From positions 1-36,386 of the IMG/VR virus record IMGVR_UViG_3300020042_006311: a DNA stretch of 36,386 nucleotides; one strand, 5' to 3'. Shown in pieces: positions 32,435 to 36,386 of this stretch (positions are counted from its first letter, which is position 1; every line of letters starts with the position of its first letter). This stretch comes from a virus (Duplodnaviria; Caudoviricetes). Both the position numbers and the translations under genes were made by a program. The notes under the pieces are model-generated. The model was not told where the DNA came from. It made no database searches and saw nothing but the letters and a program-made list of their open reading frames with translations.

Positions 32435-34528
32435 TTACTGGGCAGGCATTGCCTGAGTGTTCACGTTACCCATAGCTGCTGGCTGGGTTCCAATGCGCCC
32501 AATCTGGGCATTCTGGGACTGCTGCATTTGGAACGTATATTGGGCGGCATACTTCTCCATACGCCCACGGAAGGACTCATCCTGCTGCAAACGCTGCGCC
32601 ACGTCTGGCTGCTGGGCGTACTGCTGGAGGATTTGCAGGGCAATCTGCGCCCCGTTTGGACGGGCAGGCATTTCAATGCCAGCAAAGATCTTGGTGAGAT
32701 CGTCTGTAACGCTCTTAACCACTTGCTGCTGGGCCTGCTCCACCGGCTGGAGAATGGCATCTGCGGCAATCGGATCAATGGCGTTGGCGGCAATGTCAAT
32801 CAGGGTGTCTGGATTGATGCGGCCATTGCGATCAAGCTGCATCAGGCTAACAAGCTGGTTCAGCTTGGATTCCTGTGTTTCTGGATCGGAGTTCAGAACG
32901 TCGTACCCAATGACAATATCAAAGTTCTCGTCAGGGTCGCCCTTATCAAAGCGCATTGGATCGGGCACGCCGGTAACACGGAAGAACACCTGATCTGGGC
33001 CAAACCGCTGGAAGCAACGGAAAGTCATTTTAATCACGTCCTGAACATGGCTAAGAAACTTGTCCAAGATGAACTGACGCTTGATGCCAGACATTGGATC
33101 GTTTGCGCTAAGGCCAACCAGCTTGTCAGCCACGTCAATTAGCGTGCGCTCCATTTCAACGGAGCCAGGGTTGTACTGCGGGGTGGGTCCAAACTGAAAC
33201 TCACCACCGCGACGGTATGGCACAAAGCGGCCCGGTCCCCAGTCGCTGGGGGCGTTACCAACAGGGTGCATGATCGGCGGCATGGTAGCCATCGAGTTGC
33301 GGTCAATGCGGCTATCGCGCTCCACCTTAACCTGCCACTGGATACCACGCAGCATGTCAGACATGCTCTGCACGTCATAGACCCGCTTAGAAGCCTCGCT
33401 AAGGCGGGTAACTACCACGGGGTAGTCCTCGTACCCATTCATCAGCTCAAACTTGGCGTAGGGCTTTACGTCGCCCATCTTGGCAGAAAGCTCCCGGTGG
33501 AACACCGTGCAATAAATGCCCTCAGAATTATCAAGCGGGTCGATCAAGCGCTGGTAGCCATAGACCACCTCAACCAGTTCGTCGGCCTCGTAAACAACGT
33601 CGTCCCACAGCAGGGTCTTGCGCGTGTTGTTTTCCTGCCCAATCGTGTCCACGTTTACGCCCTTGTAGTGCTCGATAACGTAGTCAACCCAGTCCTCGTC
33701 CCAGCCCTCAGTGGCAACCTTGTTCTTTAGCTCCTGCGCTGTGTAGTAGGTACGCCAGAAGCAGAAGGGGGCACGCTGCGGATCAGTAACATAGGACGGG
33801 AAAAAGAAATCACCATCAGGGGTAAGGGCCTGAACAAGCGGCGCATCCACCTGACGACGGCTTACCGGAATCTCGGCAACGCCCTGCTTACGCAAATCCT
33901 TCAACGCCTGCTTTGCCCGCTTGTCGCTTACCGTTGGGTAAACAGACTTTAGCATCTGGATCATCTGGTCATCGGCCAGACCCTCTACAACCGCAGTGGC
34001 GAGCGCAGGGTCAACCTGAGCAAGCTGGTTAAGGTCAAGACGCTGGAGGAACGTGCGATCCTCGCGCTGCCAGCCAACGTAGGTGATAGCAATGCCACGC
34101 TCAAGCAGATGGTTGCAGGAAGCCTCCATCTCCTTTTTAAAGCGAGGGATATAGCTGCTGAGCATCCACTTCAGGAACGAGCTGATAACGCGGGCACGGC
34201 CCATGTCGCCCATCTCCACGGGGTAAGCGCGAATGTTCGCACGCTGCATCGAGGACATCAGCAACGCAACATAGCTATTAATCCGCTCATCAATGACATG
34301 CGCCTCAGAATCAGACGCGCCCTCCCACGGAAAAGCATCAGACCCATGCTTACGAAGATCCCGCGTCTTACCCGGCCAGATGTTATTACGGTCATCGTAG
34401 CTTTGGCGGCACTGCTGGAAGTATGGCTCTAGGTCGGCAAGCGTGTTCTCGTATGCACGGCGCAGCGCATTTACATTTGGCTCTTTAGCTGCGTATGTCA
34501 GTGATTTCTCGTCGTTGTCGGGAGTCAT
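32435..34528 (-). CDS. Portal protein
   Basis: 697 aa, FPWEGASD motif, Gln-rich C-terminus and position after the terminase. Confidence 0.85.
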   Translation of the reverse strand: MTPDNDEKSLTYAAKEPNVNALRRAYENTLADLEPYFQQCRQSYDDRNNIWPGKTRDLRKHGSDAFPWEGASDSEAHVIDERINSYVALLMSSMQRANIRAYPVEMGDMGRARVISSFLKWMLSSYIPRFKKEMEASCNHLLERGIAITYVGWQREDRTFLQRLDLNQLAQVDPALATAVVEGLADDQMIQMLKSVYPTVSDKRAKQALKDLRKQGVAEIPVSRRQVDAPLVQALTPDGDFFFPSYVTDPQRAPFCFWRTYYTAQELKNKVATEGWDEDWVDYVIEHYKGVNVDTIGQENNTRKTLLWDDVVYEADELVEVVYGYQRLIDPLDNSEGIYCTVFHRELSAKMGDVKPYAKFELMNGYEDYPVVVTRLSEASKRVYDVQSMSDMLRGIQWQVKVERDSRIDRNSMATMPPIMHPVGNAPSDWGPGRFVPYRRGGEFQFGPTPQYNPGSVEMERTLIDVADKLVGLSANDPMSGIKRQFILDKFLSHVQDVIKMTFRCFQRFGPDQVFFRVTGVPDPMRFDKGDPDENFDIVIGYDVLNSDPETQESKLNQLVSLMQLDRNGRINPDTLIDIAANAIDPIAADAILQPVEQAQQQVVKSVTDDLTKIFAGIEMPARPNGAQIALQILQQYAQQPDVAQRLQQDESFRGRMEKYAAQYTFQMQQSQNAQIGRIGTQPAAMGNVNTQAMPAQ

Positions 34529-34767
34529 GGATTTTTAAACTTTTCGATAAATGAACCAACTGCCTTATGCGTAAACGTCGGGTGTACCCCAATTTTTTCG
34601 CAAATAACTTTTGGCTTTAAATTTTCTGGATTGCCGGTAAGCTCCTTGTACAAAATCTCAAATGCCAACAAGCGGTCTACATGCTCGCCAATCCAATCAC
34701 TATTACACGTTTCCTCCCATGAGTGATGCGTGCCGATACGTTGTTCCTGTAGTGTCTGTGATGCCAT
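34525..34767 (-). CDS. Hypothetical protein, possible C-terminal HTH
   Basis: KPKVICEKIGVHPTF; stop overlaps the portal ATG; start uncertain. Confidence 0.45.
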   Translation of the reverse strand: MASQTLQEQRIGTHHSWEETCNSDWIGEHVDRLLAFEILYKELTGNPENLKPKVICEKIGVHPTFTHKAVGSFIEKFKNP

Positions 34768-35089
34768 GAACCGGGAATTTCTTATTGTTGAGTTTACCAC
34801 GCAGCTTTCGTGGAATTAGGACAGCATGTTTACCACCAATACCTTGTATGTTGGCGTAGACCCATCGAGGGTTTGGCGCATCATGCACAAAGGTAGCGTA
34901 CATGACATCTGGGGAAAACTCTGGAATATCCAGAGCGAGTCTAATCTTTACAACGGCATCCTCGGTGAACCATGTTTTGTTGCCGTGGCCCGTGTAGTCA
35001 TCCTCTGTGAGCTTCTGGGTCTTAAGCATCATTAGATCATTGACGTTAACACCAAGCTGCTCTGCTAGTTCTGTAATTTTAACCTTCAT
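34703..35089 (-). CDS. Hypothetical protein with an N-terminal HTH
   Basis: MKVKITELAEQLGVNVNDL; coupled to the terminase stop. Confidence 0.65.
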   Translation of the reverse strand: MKVKITELAEQLGVNVNDLMMLKTQKLTEDDYTGHGNKTWFTEDAVVKIRLALDIPEFSPDVMYATFVHDAPNPRWVYANIQGIGGKHAVLIPRKLRGKLNNKKFPVHGITDTTGTTYRHASLMGGNV

Positions 35090-36386
35090 TAATAACCTCG
35101 TTTTTTTCCCGTTGTCTTCATGCCCGCTGGGTCAATGTAAACGCAAGGAGTTGTTGCCGCGTATCTTAAACAGTCGATAGGATCTTTCCACGGTTCTTCT
35201 GGACCTGCTGCGCCCGTGTATTCCTTTAGCGCAGCAATCGTGTTTGCACAGCGATCAGAAATGTAGAAATGGGGATGGTTAGCCGAATCAACCGGGATCT
35301 TTGTGTTGTACGCCATCTTAGTCTGGATGGCCTGAATTCCATCCTCAATGTCCAGACCCGGCGCAGGAACAAACAGAAGCCCCACGTCTTCCAGTTCCTC
35401 AATGATACTGCTCGCCCCCGTAAGCCCTGGGCGTTTAGCCGCACCGGCTCTCGGGTCAATCAGTCGCTCAAAAATTTGCTCGGTATCCTCTGATCGAGTG
35501 ATCAGATCAATGTAGTCCCTAATGCCATAGCCAAGACCCTTGGCTCCGTCTCCATAGGACCACTTCCTCCCAGCCCAGATAGCCCAGTCGCCCACATTGA
35601 CATCAGGCCATTCCCGGTAAACCCAGAACGCACCATCCTCGTCCACGGCTATCCACAGCAGGAACCAGTTCTTAGAACCAGCAGGATCAAGAATCAGATA
35701 GCGGGTTACATTGGACCGTGGGATTAGCTCGTGCTTAACAACATTGATCGCAGAGTTAAAGAGCGGGAACTTGGTCGCCATGCTCTTAGTCGGGATGCCA
35801 TACAAGCGGCATAGCACCCATTGCTCATCACCCTTAGCCAAAGCCTCCTTAGCCACCCGCTCGTACCCCGAGAATGGATTGTCCTTCGTGTGCAGGTAAA
35901 TGATAGCCGCATCCTGCTTGGAACACCGCTGCACATACGGGACCATCCTATTGTTCAGTAGCTCCGCTGGCTTCTCCTCAATCGTCGTTGCCCCCTCAAG
36001 GTACTGCCGCACCGTCTCTGTGTACCCATCAATGGGCGTAAAGGTTAGAAGCATCTTGGCATTACGGGTAGCCAGACGAAAGGACAGCGTGTTAATCAGG
36101 TCAGGCCCACCAAGGTACTCATCGCACCACGCCCCAAGGTTTGCTACCACAGGCGAATAGCACCCAAGCTCCAAGCCCTCAAGCACCGTCTGATTCTGCT
36201 GGAACTGGCTGTACGTCTTGAATAGGATGCGACTGCCATTTGCAAAGATCACACTGTTCCCGGCAAAGCCATTCTGCTTGGTGTAGGAGATGTACTCCTC
36301 CTGCCCTAGCTGCTTGCGCTTCAACTCAATGGGCAAATGGTGGAACACCGCCGACTGCTGCACCAGCACAGACAACTCAGCGTTCT
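35089..36386 (-). CDS. terL: Terminase large subunit (5' truncated by the window edge)
   Basis: Walker B AWCDE, coupling motif TFTP, RNase H-like ILDPAG, VYREW and DPIDCLRY. The frame is open to the window edge. Confidence 0.92.
   Translation of the reverse strand, partial: NAELSVLVQQSAVFHHLPIELKRKQLGQEEYISYTKQNGFAGNSVIFANGSRILFKTYSQFQQNQTVLEGLELGCYSPVVANLGAWCDEYLGGPDLINTLSFRLATRNAKMLLTFTPIDGYTETVRQYLEGATTIEEKPAELLNNRMVPYVQRCSKQDAAIIYLHTKDNPFSGYERVAKEALAKGDEQWVLCRLYGIPTKSMATKFPLFNSAINVVKHELIPRSNVTRYLILDPAGSKNWFLLWIAVDEDGAFWVYREWPDVNVGDWAIWAGRKWSYGDGAKGLGYGIRDYIDLITRSEDTEQIFERLIDPRAGAAKRPGLTGASSIIEELEDVGLLFVPAPGLDIEDGIQAIQTKMAYNTKIPVDSANHPHFYISDRCANTIAALKEYTGAAGPEEPWKDPIDCLRYAATTPCVYIDPAGMKTTGKKRGY

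Overview
The window is most of a ~37-40 kb tailed dsDNA phage genome with podovirus-like organisation, arranged as two convergent arms that meet at a tRNA-Thr(UGU). The + arm (~0.5-14.4 kb) carries small early genes, a ~640-nt ORF-free and densely base-paired region behind a promoter/attenuator, a secreted lysozyme, HTH proteins, a DnaC-like loader, an annealase/SSB/exonuclease set, a dual-frame C5 DNA methyltransferase, DnaB, two HNH nucleases and a metallophosphoesterase. The - arm (36.4-14.4 kb) carries terminase (truncated at the edge), portal, scaffold, major capsid, decoration, adaptor, tail fibre, holin-like genes, small basic proteins, nozzle and three putative ejection proteins. I recognise no integrase, DNA/RNA polymerase, primase or replication initiator. 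The most striking items are: (1) the large candidate structured ncRNA with a terminator/antiterminator leader (3339-3990); (2) the overprinted methyltransferase partner with three modules spaced exactly 108 nt apart; (3) a long inverted repeat at the window start; (4) repeated hairpin cassettes between early genes. All protein calls come from motif recognition and gene order by eye, not from database searches.
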